A DNA stretch of 64,000 nt, taken from a virus. A program made the translations under genes and the position numbers. The DNA is taken from the IMG/VR virus record IMGVR_UViG_3300028196_000006, positions 1-64,000 of that record, one strand, 5' to 3'. Below are positions 8,742-20,082 of the stretch, piece after piece (the stretch's first letter is position 1; every line of letters begins with the position of its first letter). The notes under the pieces are model-generated. The model made no database searches. It was not told where the DNA came from and saw only the letters and a program-made list of their open reading frames with translations.

Positions 8742-11700
8742 ATGGCAGATTTTCGAATAGATAGAATTAGATTTAGATGGAGAGGTGATTGGTCAGCCAA
8801 TACTCTTTATGTAAAAGATGATGTACTAAGATACGGTGCAAAAGTATTTGTATGTGTTAACGTACACACATCAGACACAAACTTTTACAACGACTTAAAC
8901 AACTCGACTCCAAAATGGTCTCAGATGATGGATGGCCAAAGTTGGACTGGTGCGTGGACACCTTCAACATTTTACAAAATTGGTGAACTGGTTAAAGTTG
9001 GTGGATTAATTTATAAATGTATTGAAGGTCACATTTCAAATGCATCTGTTTCAAATGGTGTACTAGGAGATGAATTAAAATGGGTTTACTTTGCTCGTGG
9101 AGAAGATTGGCAAAGTATTTGGACACCTGCTACACTTTACAATGTTGACCAAACAGTAATTTACGGTGGATCAATTTGGAAATGTAACACAGCACACACT
9201 TCAGGAAGTGCTGATGATGGATTACAATTCAATGCGTCATACTGGGATCAATATTCTAGATCAGATAACTTTAGAAGCGACTGGACAGCAAACACTTTGT
9301 ACTATCCAGATGATGTTGTGTACTACGGTGGTACAGTTTACAGATGTACAACAGGACACAGATCAGCCACTTCAAACAAATTTATAAATCCTACTAATGC
9401 ATACGGTGGTGCGTCAGGAACAGGATTCCAATTCTTTATTTTCAAAGTTGGCGCAACATATAATATTCAAATCACAAACGGTGGATCAACTTATCTTGCT
9501 TCAGAAACTTTCACAATTTTAGGAACAGCACTGGGTGGAGCAACACCAGCCAATGATGTGTCCATGATTATTAACACAGTGGACGGTGGTGGTGCAATAA
9601 CATCAGTAGGAGTAAACGGTGTAGCCAACGATTCCAACGATGGTTTAGAAGCAAACAATGGACAATGGGAAACTGTGTTCACAGGAATTAGATACAGAGG
9701 CGATTACACTGTTGGAGAAAGATATTCAGCAGGAGAACTAGTAAGATGGTCTCCTGGTATGTGGCAAGTAACCACAGGACACTGGGCAACAAGTGCCACT
9801 ATGGTTGAAAGTAATTTCAATTTATGGGTACCTGGTTTAGAATTTGAATCAATATGGAATATTTCTCAATACTATCAACAAGGTGATGTTGTTCTCTACG
9901 GAGGTTACACATATGTTGCACTATTAAGTAACGTTGGTGTTACACCTGCTGTTACAGACGGAACAAACACTTGGGAATTACAAGTTGTTGGATATACATT
10001 CCAAGGTGAATGGAAATCAACTTATCTAGTTAATGATGCTGTTGAACCTTTTCCATACAAAACTGGTGATGTTGTAAGAGCTGGCGGTGATTTATATATT
10101 GCTGTTAAAGATAATGCAAGTGTAGATCCAAGCACAAGAGTTGTGTACGACGAAGGAACTGATTCTCCATTCCCATGGCAATTATTGGTAACAGGTAATG
10201 CATTCAAAGGACCTTGGAAAGAAACTAATCTAGGTGGTGTATCAGGCGAACAAACATATTTCCCTGGAGACGTTGTTACAGTTGCAGGCACACTTTACAA
10301 ATGTATTTTAAAACATGAAGCAAATTCATCAGATGCTAAACCACCATTAGATTTTGAATCAGAAAATGTTGGACCTTACTGGATATTAGTAGCAACAGGA
10401 CACACTCCTAATGTGTTAGAATATCCTGGAGATATCAAAACACAAAATGATGATTCAACAAGATTAAGAATTGGTTTAGGATCATCAGGACAAGTATTAA
10501 AAGTAGGGTCAAACAATATTCCTTTCTGGGAAGATTTTGATGTAACACCAAAAGTTTATTATGTATCACCAGACGGTATAGACGATCAAACAAAAGGAAC
10601 ACAGTTAGCGGCTCCTTTTAAAACGATTAAATTTGCTTGTGATTTTATCAATAGCGATTTAGCCGCAAGATCACCTGCAACAGTCTTTATTAAAACAGGT
10701 TTATATCAAGAAATTTTACCTATCACTGTGCCAAGAGACACTGCACTAGTTGGAGATGAACTACGAAGCACAGAAGTTAAACCGGCGGCTGGTTATGAAA
10801 CATCAAATATGTTTTATGTTAACAATGGTTCAGGTATTAGAAATATGTCATTGAGTGGATTATCTGGAACATTAGGACCAATCAATGAATACGGCACAAA
10901 AAGACCAACAGGCGGAGCATTTGTTTCGTTAAATCCTGGTTCGGGGGCGTCAGATGCGGCGGCTTGGATAACAACACGATCTTGTTATGTACAAAATGTA
11001 TCAACATTTGGAACAGGATGTGTAGGTTTAAAAGTAGATGGTGATCTTCACAATGGTGGTAACAGATCAATTGTTGCCAATGACTTTACACAGGTTATCG
11101 ATCAAGGTATTGGTTTCTGGGTTAATGGTGAAGGTAAATCAGAACTTGTATCTGTATTCACATATTATTGTCACATAGGATATCTAGCAACTTCTGGTGG
11201 TAAAGTTAGAGCAACAAACGGAAACAACTCTTATGGAGATTGGGGTTCAGTTGCAGAAGGTGTAACACCTACTGAAACACCTATCACAGCAAAATTCAAT
11301 AACAGAACACAAGAAGCTCAAGTGGATGCAGTTTATAATGATGAAAACGAAATATTTGCTTTTGCTTATGATCATGCAGGACAAGATTACACATCTGCTA
11401 ATATTACAATAGCAGGTTCAGGTCAAGGTGCAACAGCATCAATTAATTATGAAAACACTAGAGACGGTGCCGTAAATAAAATTAGAATATTAGGTCCTGG
11501 AGATTCAACACCAGCAGGAGGTGCCGGATACACAAGTAAATCAGGACCAGCCATATCAGGTACTGCTACCAGCATAAAATTGAATGCACAATTCCAAGGA
11601 ACTTCGGCCCAAACAGTTGGACAAAGAATTTATATTTGGGAAGGTACTGGCAGAGGACAATACGGAATCATTGATTCTTTTAATGAATTAACAAAAGAAT

Positions 11701-13895
11701 GCACAGTTAAAAAAGAATTTGATAACACACCAGGATGGCAACATTTTTTAGGTGGATTTGCAATTGAAACAGCATTAGATCCATCAACAAAATATTTTAT
11801 TGAGCCAAGAATACAATTCAGTGAACCACCATACAGTACTTCATCAGCATCAATTCCATTAAATGGAAATTATTTATTAGGTGCTTCAAGAAGAGTTTCA
11901 AACACAAACGTAACTATTTTATTAGGCAACGGTAGAGGTTTAAGATCAGTAGATTCAAGCAACTGGACTGTTGCAAACGGTATACCGACACAGAACTGGA
12001 ACAGTTTAGTAGGCGGAAAGAATAACTTTATGGCAACTTCTAGCACAGGTGGTCTAGCAAGATCTCAAGACGGTGCTAACTGGAGTGACTTGTCAGGCAA
12101 CATTGGAGCAGACATATTTAAAGGTTGTGCATGGGAAGACGTATCTTCACAATGGGTTGTAGTTTCATCAACAGGTGTTGTTTACATATCAGGTGATGAA
12201 GGTAACACATGGTCATCTCAACAAGTTGAACCGTACGATGGATCAACAGCAGTGTTTTCAAAAATTGCGGCAGGTAACGGTTTAATTGTTATAAGCAACG
12301 ACTATGGACAAACTTGGGAATCAGTAGACGGTGGTACAACTTGGGAGTTAGCGGCTAACATAGGTGGTGACAGATATATAGTACAGCACTTGTCGTTCAC
12401 TGGAGATAAATTTATAGCATCAGTACAAGATTCACCATTTGATGATTCAACATCAGTGAATAAATTTTTTGTATCAAATGCAAATGCGGCACAAAGTTCA
12501 ACAAGTGCTATCACAGTTTGGACAGAATCAGAAACACCTCCACACACAGGACCATACACAGCAGTAACAAGTTCTCAAGGAACTTTTTTAGCGATTACTG
12601 TGAATGGCGAAGTGGCTTACTCATATGATGCAGTAAGTTGGAAACAATTAACAACATTATCAGGAACTTACTCGGGTATTGTAGGTGGCAGATTTAACGG
12701 TGGTTATTTTGTTCCATTAAAAGATACTACAATGTCAGATGTGACTGTTCTTAAAAAAGGTTCTCCACCTTTAGCAAGAGTTATAACAAATGCAGGAAAA
12801 GTTTCTAAAGTACAACTGTTAGACACAGGATCAGGATATGCAACAGCACCGACAGTTACAATCACAGACAATGTGAACATAACAGATGTGGCTGTTGAAG
12901 CAAGAATAGCCAGCGGAGTATTGAGTCAACCAACATTCACCAACAGAGGTACAGGATTTATCAATGTAAGTGCCACAATCGATGGTGATGGATTTGCTGA
13001 TGAATTCCAATTAGGAAAAGTTGTACAAATAAAAGAATTATCAAGAGAACCTGGACCAGGCGACTTGTTGTACATTAACGGCATTGAAGATCAAATTTAT
13101 AGAGTAACACAGATTACAAAAGTTACAGGTTCAGTTCCAAATCTTACAGCACAATTTAGAATTTCACCAAGTTTGAAATCTAACGAATCTCCAGGGCATG
13201 ACACAACAATAACAATTAGACAACAGTATTCACAAGTTAGATTAACTGGTCATGATTTCTTAGATATTGGAACTGGTGGAGTAACAACAACAAACTATCC
13301 AGAACTTTATACCAATGCTGGATTCACAGAAGGTTATGAATACCAAGCAAACAGAGAAACTTCCAATAATGGCGGTGGTAGAGTATTCTACACATCAACT
13401 GACCAGAATGGTAACTTCCGTGTTGGAGAATTGTTTATTGTTGAACAGGCAACTGGTATTGTAACACTTAATGCAGATTTATTTAATTTACAAGGACTAT
13501 CAGAATTAGCACTAGGTGGTGTTGTACTAGGTGGAACAGAAGTTGTTATTAGAGAATTTTCTACAGATCCTACAATGGCGGCAAATTCAGATAATGTTGT
13601 CCCAACACAAAAAGCAATTCTTACATATATTGGATCAAGAGTTTCTGGTGGTGGTGCTAACTTGAATGTTTCAGGTTTTAGAGCAGGTCAAATTAAAGTA
13701 AGAAATAAAGAAATATTTAATGAAGCATTTCCAGAAACAGGACAAATTGTTATAGATAGAATTGCTAATTTAAATGGTGGATTTTCAGGCTCATTGTTAG
13801 CATTGAACTTTTTCACTGGTGGTACAGCAAGTACAGAATTAAATGAAGGAGATCCGGCTAGTGCTATTGATAGTTCTAACGGATATGGCGAATAA
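8742..13895 (+). CDS. Giant virion/tail-fibre protein, 1717 aa: CBM5/12-like repeats, beta-helix, BNR-type propeller
   Basis: Tandem WxxxTxYxxxDVVxYGGxxYxCxxxHTS repeats; Asp-box-like SxDGxxW motifs (SQDGANW, SGDEGNTW, SVDGGTTW, SYDAVSW); paralog of 13931..19300. Confidence 0.75.
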   Translation: MADFRIDRIRFRWRGDWSANTLYVKDDVLRYGAKVFVCVNVHTSDTNFYNDLNNSTPKWSQMMDGQSWTGAWTPSTFYKIGELVKVGGLIYKCIEGHISNASVSNGVLGDELKWVYFARGEDWQSIWTPATLYNVDQTVIYGGSIWKCNTAHTSGSADDGLQFNASYWDQYSRSDNFRSDWTANTLYYPDDVVYYGGTVYRCTTGHRSATSNKFINPTNAYGGASGTGFQFFIFKVGATYNIQITNGGSTYLASETFTILGTALGGATPANDVSMIINTVDGGGAITSVGVNGVANDSNDGLEANNGQWETVFTGIRYRGDYTVGERYSAGELVRWSPGMWQVTTGHWATSATMVESNFNLWVPGLEFESIWNISQYYQQGDVVLYGGYTYVALLSNVGVTPAVTDGTNTWELQVVGYTFQGEWKSTYLVNDAVEPFPYKTGDVVRAGGDLYIAVKDNASVDPSTRVVYDEGTDSPFPWQLLVTGNAFKGPWKETNLGGVSGEQTYFPGDVVTVAGTLYKCILKHEANSSDAKPPLDFESENVGPYWILVATGHTPNVLEYPGDIKTQNDDSTRLRIGLGSSGQVLKVGSNNIPFWEDFDVTPKVYYVSPDGIDDQTKGTQLAAPFKTIKFACDFINSDLAARSPATVFIKTGLYQEILPITVPRDTALVGDELRSTEVKPAAGYETSNMFYVNNGSGIRNMSLSGLSGTLGPINEYGTKRPTGGAFVSLNPGSGASDAAAWITTRSCYVQNVSTFGTGCVGLKVDGDLHNGGNRSIVANDFTQVIDQGIGFWVNGEGKSELVSVFTYYCHIGYLATSGGKVRATNGNNSYGDWGSVAEGVTPTETPITAKFNNRTQEAQVDAVYNDENEIFAFAYDHAGQDYTSANITIAGSGQGATASINYENTRDGAVNKIRILGPGDSTPAGGAGYTSKSGPAISGTATSIKLNAQFQGTSAQTVGQRIYIWEGTGRGQYGIIDSFNELTKECTVKKEFDNTPGWQHFLGGFAIETALDPSTKYFIEPRIQFSEPPYSTSSASIPLNGNYLLGASRRVSNTNVTILLGNGRGLRSVDSSNWTVANGIPTQNWNSLVGGKNNFMATSSTGGLARSQDGANWSDLSGNIGADIFKGCAWEDVSSQWVVVSSTGVVYISGDEGNTWSSQQVEPYDGSTAVFSKIAAGNGLIVISNDYGQTWESVDGGTTWELAANIGGDRYIVQHLSFTGDKFIASVQDSPFDDSTSVNKFFVSNANAAQSSTSAITVWTESETPPHTGPYTAVTSSQGTFLAITVNGEVAYSYDAVSWKQLTTLSGTYSGIVGGRFNGGYFVPLKDTTMSDVTVLKKGSPPLARVITNAGKVSKVQLLDTGSGYATAPTVTITDNVNITDVAVEARIASGVLSQPTFTNRGTGFINVSATIDGDGFADEFQLGKVVQIKELSREPGPGDLLYINGIEDQIYRVTQITKVTGSVPNLTAQFRISPSLKSNESPGHDTTITIRQQYSQVRLTGHDFLDIGTGGVTTTNYPELYTNAGFTEGYEYQANRETSNNGGGRVFYTSTDQNGNFRVGELFIVEQATGIVTLNADLFNLQGLSELALGGVVLGGTEVVIREFSTDPTMAANSDNVVPTQKAILTYIGSRVSGGGANLNVSGFRAGQIKVRNKEIFNEAFPETGQIVIDRIANLNGGFSGSLLALNFFTGGTASTELNEGDPASAIDSSNGYGE

Positions 13896-13896
13896 T

Positions 13897-13904
13897 GATA
13901 AATA
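13897..13904 (+). promoter_or_regulatory. Late promoter (GATAAATA)
   Basis: Upstream of 13931, with a GAGG SD between. Confidence 0.6.
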
Positions 13905-13930
13905 ACTGTAATAAGAGGATATATTAACCC

Positions 13931-16900
13931 ATGGCTGAGTTTAAATTAGGTAGAATACGTTTCGTTTGGAAAGGTGCTTGGTACACAAGTGCCCTTTATT
14001 CAGTAGATGATGTTGTAAGATATGGTGGTAGAACTTACATCTGTATCGTAAACCACACTTCTGCGACAGAGTTTCAAGATGACTTAACAGCGGCAAATTG
14101 GGCATTGATGTCCGATGGGCAAGAATGGAAAGGCGACTGGGGAGTAAACACAACATACAAACCAAATGACGTTGTAAAATACGGTGGTTACATTTATATT
14201 TGTAACACAGGTCATGCCTCAAATGCAGATGTTAACATTGGACTAGAAGGCGACATTGCAAAATGGGATCTTTTCATTGAAGGTTTTGATTACAAAACAG
14301 ACTGGGCTATTGCAACAAGATACAAAGTAAACGATTTAGTAAGATACGGTGCAACTGTATATCTTTGTGTAACAGAACACACTTCAGCGGCAACATTGGC
14401 TGATGGATTAGAATTAGATATTGCAAAATGGGAAGTTTTTGCAAAAGGATTTAACTGGTTAAACACTTGGGCAATAAGCACAAGATACAAACCAAATGAC
14501 ACAGTAAGATATGGTGGACAACTTTATGTTTGTATCACTGGACACACATCAGCAGGAACAGTAGCATTAGGTTTAGAAAATGATCAAGCAAAATGGCAAT
14601 ACCTACACAAAGGTATTGAATATTTAGGTGCTTGGGTTACAGCAACAAGATACAAAGTAAACGATGTTGTTAAGTATGGTGCTAACTTATGGATTGCAAC
14701 AGCATCTCATACAGCAGGCGCATCATTGGCGGCTGACGAAGCCAACTGGGACATTTTTATTCCAGGTTTAGAATTTGAAGATTCGTGGAGTTCATCTACA
14801 CAATACCAACCAGGTGACATTGTTACTTACGGAGGTTACCAATACGTTGGATTAAGAAACAACTTAAACAAAGTTCCATCAACAGAAACTGCTGATTGGG
14901 ATTTATTTGTTACAGGTTTCAGTTTAAAAGGTGACTACAACAACGCAACTGCTTACAAAACAGGTGATGTTGTTAGAGTTGGTGGTACAACTTACATTGC
15001 TATTGCCGACACAACAGGAAACAGACCACCAAGTGTACTACACTGGGATAAACTAAACGAAGGTTTATACTGGAAAGGTGTTTGGAGCAATGCGGCTGTT
15101 TTTGACAAAGGCGATATTGTGAGAGGATCTATAAACACAGACACTTCTTACATTTGTATTACAGCACACACTTCAAACAATGTTGGACCAGCAACAATCA
15201 ATCAACCAGATTACGCACCAGGGGCTGGTGTTGATACATCTGTTTGGCAATTGTTAGCAGGTGGTCCAGAAAATGATGTATTAGAATCAGAAGGTGACAT
15301 TTTAATTTATGGTGCTTCAGGACCAGCAAGATTACCGATTGGTGCTTCAGGACAAGCACTTGTTGTTAACGGTGCAGGTACATTACCTCAATGGGGTTTT
15401 GTTGGACAAGTAGATCAAGTTTACTATGTAGGTCCAAGCGGTGTTGATACACCGGCTCCTAATGCTGGTGTTACACTAGATAGTCCGTTTAAAACTGTAA
15501 GATATGCACTGCATCAAATTGATTTAGGACCAAGAAATCCACAAGGTGTAAACTTATTAACTAGAAACAAAGCATTCATACAAGACGAAATTATTGCTTG
15601 GATCAATGTTCAAATTGCAGGTAATATTTCACCATTCACAAGTGCTTTCACTTATGATGCTGTGAAATGCAGAAGAGATATTGGTATAATTGTTGATGCC
15701 ACTATTAACGATTTACGTAAAGGCGGAAATGTCAGATCAAGAGAAGCGGCATTAAGTTACTTTACAGACTTAGGTGCTAGTTACGTTGCAGGACAAGAAG
15801 CACAAACTGCCGCGGCAATTGTGAGAGCGGCATACATTGCTCAACAAGTGGTTGTGAATTCATCAGGATACACACCATCACAAGGTACAACACTTCAAGT
15901 AACAGATTTAACTAAGATAGCAGAATCAACAGTGGTTGCAGATATAAACACATTAATGACAGTGCCATCAGATGCAATTACGGCTGGCAACATCAACAGT
16001 GTTCCTGCAAAATTATCACCTCAAATCACATTAAATGTTAAAACAGGTACATACTACGAAATTTTACCAATGAGTGTTCCAGCAAATTGTGCAGTGGTTG
16101 GAGACGAATTGAGATCAACCAACATCAGACCAGCAGGCTCATTAGTTGCTGGCGGTGATGTTCAGTATTCTTTACAAGGTATTCAACGTTTAGAAGCAAT
16201 CATTTCAGATGTTATTCAAAACAATGCTGTTTCAGTAACACCATCAGGTGGTATAATAACAGTTCCAACTGGTGCAAGTTTAGGTTATCAAGGTGCTGGT
16301 TTAATTGAAGGTACAGGAACAGTTAACACAACAGCCTCTGGATCAGGATCAGGTGCTACATTTACATTGACAACAAACGCATTTGGTTTCGTTACAGGAT
16401 TAACTGTGTTGGCTCCAGGACAAAATTATGTGGTAGGTGAAACAATCACTATTCCATCAACAGAAACAATTAACAATCCAAGTACTGGTGACACAGCGAT
16501 AGGTGAAACAATCACCTTCCAAGTGTTAACAGTAACAACAGGAAACACAATTACACAAAACGTGGCAGTGCCAGCAGGTTCAAGTACGGCAGGTACAGCG
16601 GCGGCGGCAATTGCAGACAATATTGAAAAATACATTGACTTCAAAATTAATGCAGTTGGTTCAGATGTTGCAGTTACAGGTTCAAACACAGCAAACGTAG
16701 ATGTTGGTTACACAGATGCACGTTTAAGATTATTAGCCAACAGAGACTTTATGGCTAAAGAGTGTGCAGAATTTGTGAAAAGAGCAAACCCAGGTTATGT
16801 GTTTGGTCAAAATGATTGTGAAGACGATATTAAAGATTACATAGACGGAATTATTTACGATTTACAGTATACAGGAAACTATATGTCACTGAAAGGTGCT

Positions 16901-19300
16901 AAATGGTATGTGAATGCTGTTGGTGGTTCGACAACTTCAGACATGTTCTACATGAGAAATGCAACAGGTTTAAGAAACTGTACAGTACAAGGTTTATCAG
17001 GTTCATTGGGAGCGGCAAACAGTTATGGAACGAAACGTCCATCAGCAGGTGCTTTTCTTTCTCTTGATCCAGGATATGGCACAGCAGACGAAAGTGTCTG
17101 GATTGGTGCACTGAATGGTGCAGGTGGAAGATCACCTTACATTCAAAATGTTACAACATTTGGAACAGGTGCTGTAGGACAAAAAATTGATGGAGATTTA
17201 CACGCAGGTGGTAATGACTCTATGGTATCAAATGACTTTACGCAGGTAATATCAGATGGTATTGGTGCATGGATCACAAATTTAGGAAGAGCAGAACTTG
17301 TATCTGTGTTCTCATACTATGGACACATTGGATACCTTGCAGAAACAGGTGGAAAAATACGTGCTACAAACGGTAACTCATCATATGGTGATTTTGGTTG
17401 TGTGGCAGAAGGTGTTGATCCAACTGAAGTTCCTGTAACAGGTAAAGTTAACAACAGATCTACTGATGCAGTAGTTGACAGTGTGTTTACAGATGGTAAT
17501 CAAATACTTGCACTTGAATATGGCAACGCAGGTAGAGAATATTCAAATGCTACTGTAACTATCACAGGCGACGGTTTTGGATTAAATGGTGTTGTGGCAA
17601 CTTACAACACAGGCGGAGTGTACAAAATTAGATTAACAGAAACTCCTGCTTCTGATCCATCAGATTTAGGTGGTAAAGGTTTTGTAACTACCACAAACTC
17701 AGGACAAACGGGTACAACAACAAATATCACATTGGCGGCGGCAGATTCGGCGGCAAGTGGAGTTTATGTTGGGATGGCATTGTTTATTACTGAAGGTAAA
17801 GGTGCTGGACAGTACGGTTACATTGACACTTACAATTCATCTAGCAAAATTGCCGCAATTAAAAAATTCTCAGACAGCTCAGCAGGTTGGGACACATTGG
17901 GTGGCAAAGCAGTTGAGACAACACTGGATTCAACAACAATCTACGAAATCACTCCAAGAGTGGTTATAGGTGCTCCAAGTAATGATGGTTCAACAACTCC
18001 TAGACAGGCAGTTGCTAGAGCAGTTGTTACAGGAGAAGTTATTTCAAGTGTTAAAATATTAGATTGTGGTGCTTCTTATACAAGTGCACCAACAGTAACA
18101 TTCACAGATCCAAACAACACTACAGAAGCGCCTGTACAAGCATACATTGGCGATGGTGTATTAGGTCAACCAACATTTGTTGCAAGAGGTTCTGATTATG
18201 TAACTGCTTCTGCTGGAATCACAGAACAAGGTGTACAAGCAACTGTAACAGGAATTACACAGGCTACAACAGCAGTGATCACAACATCAGCGGCACACAA
18301 CTTTAATACAAACGATAAAGTTAAGTTTGACGGAATACTTGGAATGGTCGAATTAAACACTGGTGTGTTCTACTATGTTAAAGTTTTAACAACAGACACA
18401 TTTGAAATTTATGCAGACTACGAACTAACAACTCCAATTAATTCAACTGGCTACACAGCATATGCAAGTGCCGGAACAGCAGAAACATTTGGTGGATTTA
18501 GAGATGACTATCAAACAGGAAAATATATTGCTGTTGAAAATTTAACATCAATTCCAAGAGCAGGATCAAACATTGAGTTTGGTCACTTACCAGGACAATA
18601 TTTCAAACTGGTTGCTGTTAATCAACAACTTGGAACACAAACTCCTTTCACAGGTCTATTACAAGTTTCACCAGATATAAAATCTTATGAATCACCAGAA
18701 CATGGACAGTCCATAGAAATGAGAATTAGATACTCACAAGTTAGATTAACTGGTCACGATTTCCTAGACATAGGTACTGGTAATTTTACAAACACAAATT
18801 ATCCAGGGTTACCTTTACAAAATCCAATACCAGCAAACGAAACTGTTGAAGGTGGTGGAGGAAGAGTATTCTTTACTTCTACAGACCAAGACGGTAACTT
18901 TAGAGTAGGAGATTTATTCTCAGTAGAACAAGCAACTGGTATTGCTTCATTGAACGCAGATGCATTCAACATATCAGGACTACAAGAATTACAGTTGGGT
19001 GACTTAGCATTAGGTGGAACAAGTGCTTCTATCAATGAATTCTCAACTGATGGTACAATGGCGGCTAATTCAGACGCAATTGTTCCGACTCAGAGAGCAA
19101 TAAGAACTTATATCGCTTCACAAATTGGTGGTGGTGCTAGTTCGCTCAATGTTAACTTGATTACTGCGGGATTAGTGGTAATTACTGGTAATACGATAAG
19201 TACAAGTAACAATGTAGGAATCAATTTCCAAAGCGTCACTAACTTCACAAAAGGAGTTACTGGTGTACCGATTGCGATGAACTACTTAATACATAGTTAA
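13931..19300 (+). CDS. Giant virion/tail-fibre protein, 1789 aa; paralog of 8742..13895
   Basis: Same N-terminus (MAxFxxxRIRFxWxGxW), CBM-like repeats, and shared C-terminal YSQVRLTGHDFLDIGTG / TSTDQxGNFRVG. Confidence 0.75.
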   Translation: MAEFKLGRIRFVWKGAWYTSALYSVDDVVRYGGRTYICIVNHTSATEFQDDLTAANWALMSDGQEWKGDWGVNTTYKPNDVVKYGGYIYICNTGHASNADVNIGLEGDIAKWDLFIEGFDYKTDWAIATRYKVNDLVRYGATVYLCVTEHTSAATLADGLELDIAKWEVFAKGFNWLNTWAISTRYKPNDTVRYGGQLYVCITGHTSAGTVALGLENDQAKWQYLHKGIEYLGAWVTATRYKVNDVVKYGANLWIATASHTAGASLAADEANWDIFIPGLEFEDSWSSSTQYQPGDIVTYGGYQYVGLRNNLNKVPSTETADWDLFVTGFSLKGDYNNATAYKTGDVVRVGGTTYIAIADTTGNRPPSVLHWDKLNEGLYWKGVWSNAAVFDKGDIVRGSINTDTSYICITAHTSNNVGPATINQPDYAPGAGVDTSVWQLLAGGPENDVLESEGDILIYGASGPARLPIGASGQALVVNGAGTLPQWGFVGQVDQVYYVGPSGVDTPAPNAGVTLDSPFKTVRYALHQIDLGPRNPQGVNLLTRNKAFIQDEIIAWINVQIAGNISPFTSAFTYDAVKCRRDIGIIVDATINDLRKGGNVRSREAALSYFTDLGASYVAGQEAQTAAAIVRAAYIAQQVVVNSSGYTPSQGTTLQVTDLTKIAESTVVADINTLMTVPSDAITAGNINSVPAKLSPQITLNVKTGTYYEILPMSVPANCAVVGDELRSTNIRPAGSLVAGGDVQYSLQGIQRLEAIISDVIQNNAVSVTPSGGIITVPTGASLGYQGAGLIEGTGTVNTTASGSGSGATFTLTTNAFGFVTGLTVLAPGQNYVVGETITIPSTETINNPSTGDTAIGETITFQVLTVTTGNTITQNVAVPAGSSTAGTAAAAIADNIEKYIDFKINAVGSDVAVTGSNTANVDVGYTDARLRLLANRDFMAKECAEFVKRANPGYVFGQNDCEDDIKDYIDGIIYDLQYTGNYMSLKGAKWYVNAVGGSTTSDMFYMRNATGLRNCTVQGLSGSLGAANSYGTKRPSAGAFLSLDPGYGTADESVWIGALNGAGGRSPYIQNVTTFGTGAVGQKIDGDLHAGGNDSMVSNDFTQVISDGIGAWITNLGRAELVSVFSYYGHIGYLAETGGKIRATNGNSSYGDFGCVAEGVDPTEVPVTGKVNNRSTDAVVDSVFTDGNQILALEYGNAGREYSNATVTITGDGFGLNGVVATYNTGGVYKIRLTETPASDPSDLGGKGFVTTTNSGQTGTTTNITLAAADSAASGVYVGMALFITEGKGAGQYGYIDTYNSSSKIAAIKKFSDSSAGWDTLGGKAVETTLDSTTIYEITPRVVIGAPSNDGSTTPRQAVARAVVTGEVISSVKILDCGASYTSAPTVTFTDPNNTTEAPVQAYIGDGVLGQPTFVARGSDYVTASAGITEQGVQATVTGITQATTAVITTSAAHNFNTNDKVKFDGILGMVELNTGVFYYVKVLTTDTFEIYADYELTTPINSTGYTAYASAGTAETFGGFRDDYQTGKYIAVENLTSIPRAGSNIEFGHLPGQYFKLVAVNQQLGTQTPFTGLLQVSPDIKSYESPEHGQSIEMRIRYSQVRLTGHDFLDIGTGNFTNTNYPGLPLQNPIPANETVEGGGGRVFFTSTDQDGNFRVGDLFSVEQATGIASLNADAFNISGLQELQLGDLALGGTSASINEFSTDGTMAANSDAIVPTQRAIRTYIASQIGGGASSLNVNLITAGLVVITGNTISTSNNVGINFQSVTNFTKGVTGVPIAMNYLIHS

Positions 19301-19313
19301 AGGAGAAAAAACA

Positions 19314-19634
19314 ATGGCTTCAGGAAGAATAGGAAAAGCAGATCTTTTAGCCGCTACACTTACGACTATCTACACAACACCTGCTGACACTTTTACAGTG
19401 GCAACAGTATCGTTTTGTAACAGAGGTAACCAAGCAGTTACAGTAAGGTTAGCAGTGGCAGATTCGGCTACACCGGACGCATCAGAATATCTTGAGTACG
19501 AAACAGAGATTTTGAGTCATGGTGTGTTGGAAAGAACTGGTTTAGTACTGTCTGCAACGCAATTATTGGTAGCATATTCAAGTGCCGCTAATGTAAGTGC
19601 AGTTGTAAGCGGTATTGAAACAAGTACAGCATAA
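19314..19634 (+). CDS. Small virion protein, 106 aa
   Basis: AAGGAG SD; pattern similar to 6235..6567; follows a giant fibre gene. Confidence 0.6.
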   Translation: MASGRIGKADLLAATLTTIYTTPADTFTVATVSFCNRGNQAVTVRLAVADSATPDASEYLEYETEILSHGVLERTGLVLSATQLLVAYSSAANVSAVVSGIETSTA

Positions 19635-19649
19635 TTTTAAGGTAAATTA

Positions 19650-19657
19650 TATAAATA
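19650..19657 (+). promoter_or_regulatory. Canonical T4 late promoter TATAAATA heading the Cys-rich cassette
   Basis: Exact TATAAATA. Confidence 0.7.
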
Positions 19658-19691
19658 GTATAAAAGAGTACTAATAAAGGAAACAAAGACA

Positions 19692-20024
19692 ATGGGAAGA
19701 TACATATCAACAACTGGAACTGCTGGCGTAGTCACTAAACAAGTGGCAACAACTTACCAAGCAGTGGTAAATGATAGAATCTTAGCAGATAGTGCCGGTG
19801 GTACTTTCACAATCACGTTACCTCTTAATGCTTCTTTGTTGATTAATGACACAATTCAGATCATTGATGCAACATCGAACTTTGGAACTAACGCGGTTAC
19901 AGTTGCTAGGAATGGTTCACTAATTCAAGGTTCAGCAGACGACTTAACAATGGACTTAAATGGTGCAATCGCAACTTTGATTTACACTGGTCCAACTTAT
20001 GGTTGGATAATTGGTGCTGTATAA
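19692..20024 (+). CDS. Stand-alone tail-fibre/baseplate adaptor-type domain, 110 aa
   Basis: DSAGGTFTITLP...DTIQIID...NAVTVARNG...LIYTG..YGW, a module usually seen inside T4-like fibre proteins. Confidence 0.55.
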   Translation: MGRYISTTGTAGVVTKQVATTYQAVVNDRILADSAGGTFTITLPLNASLLINDTIQIIDATSNFGTNAVTVARNGSLIQGSADDLTMDLNGAIATLIYTGPTYGWIIGAV

Positions 20025-20082
20025 TTTTTTATAATATTTTATATTAAATTTACATCATTAAACACTTGGAGAAACAAAAACA

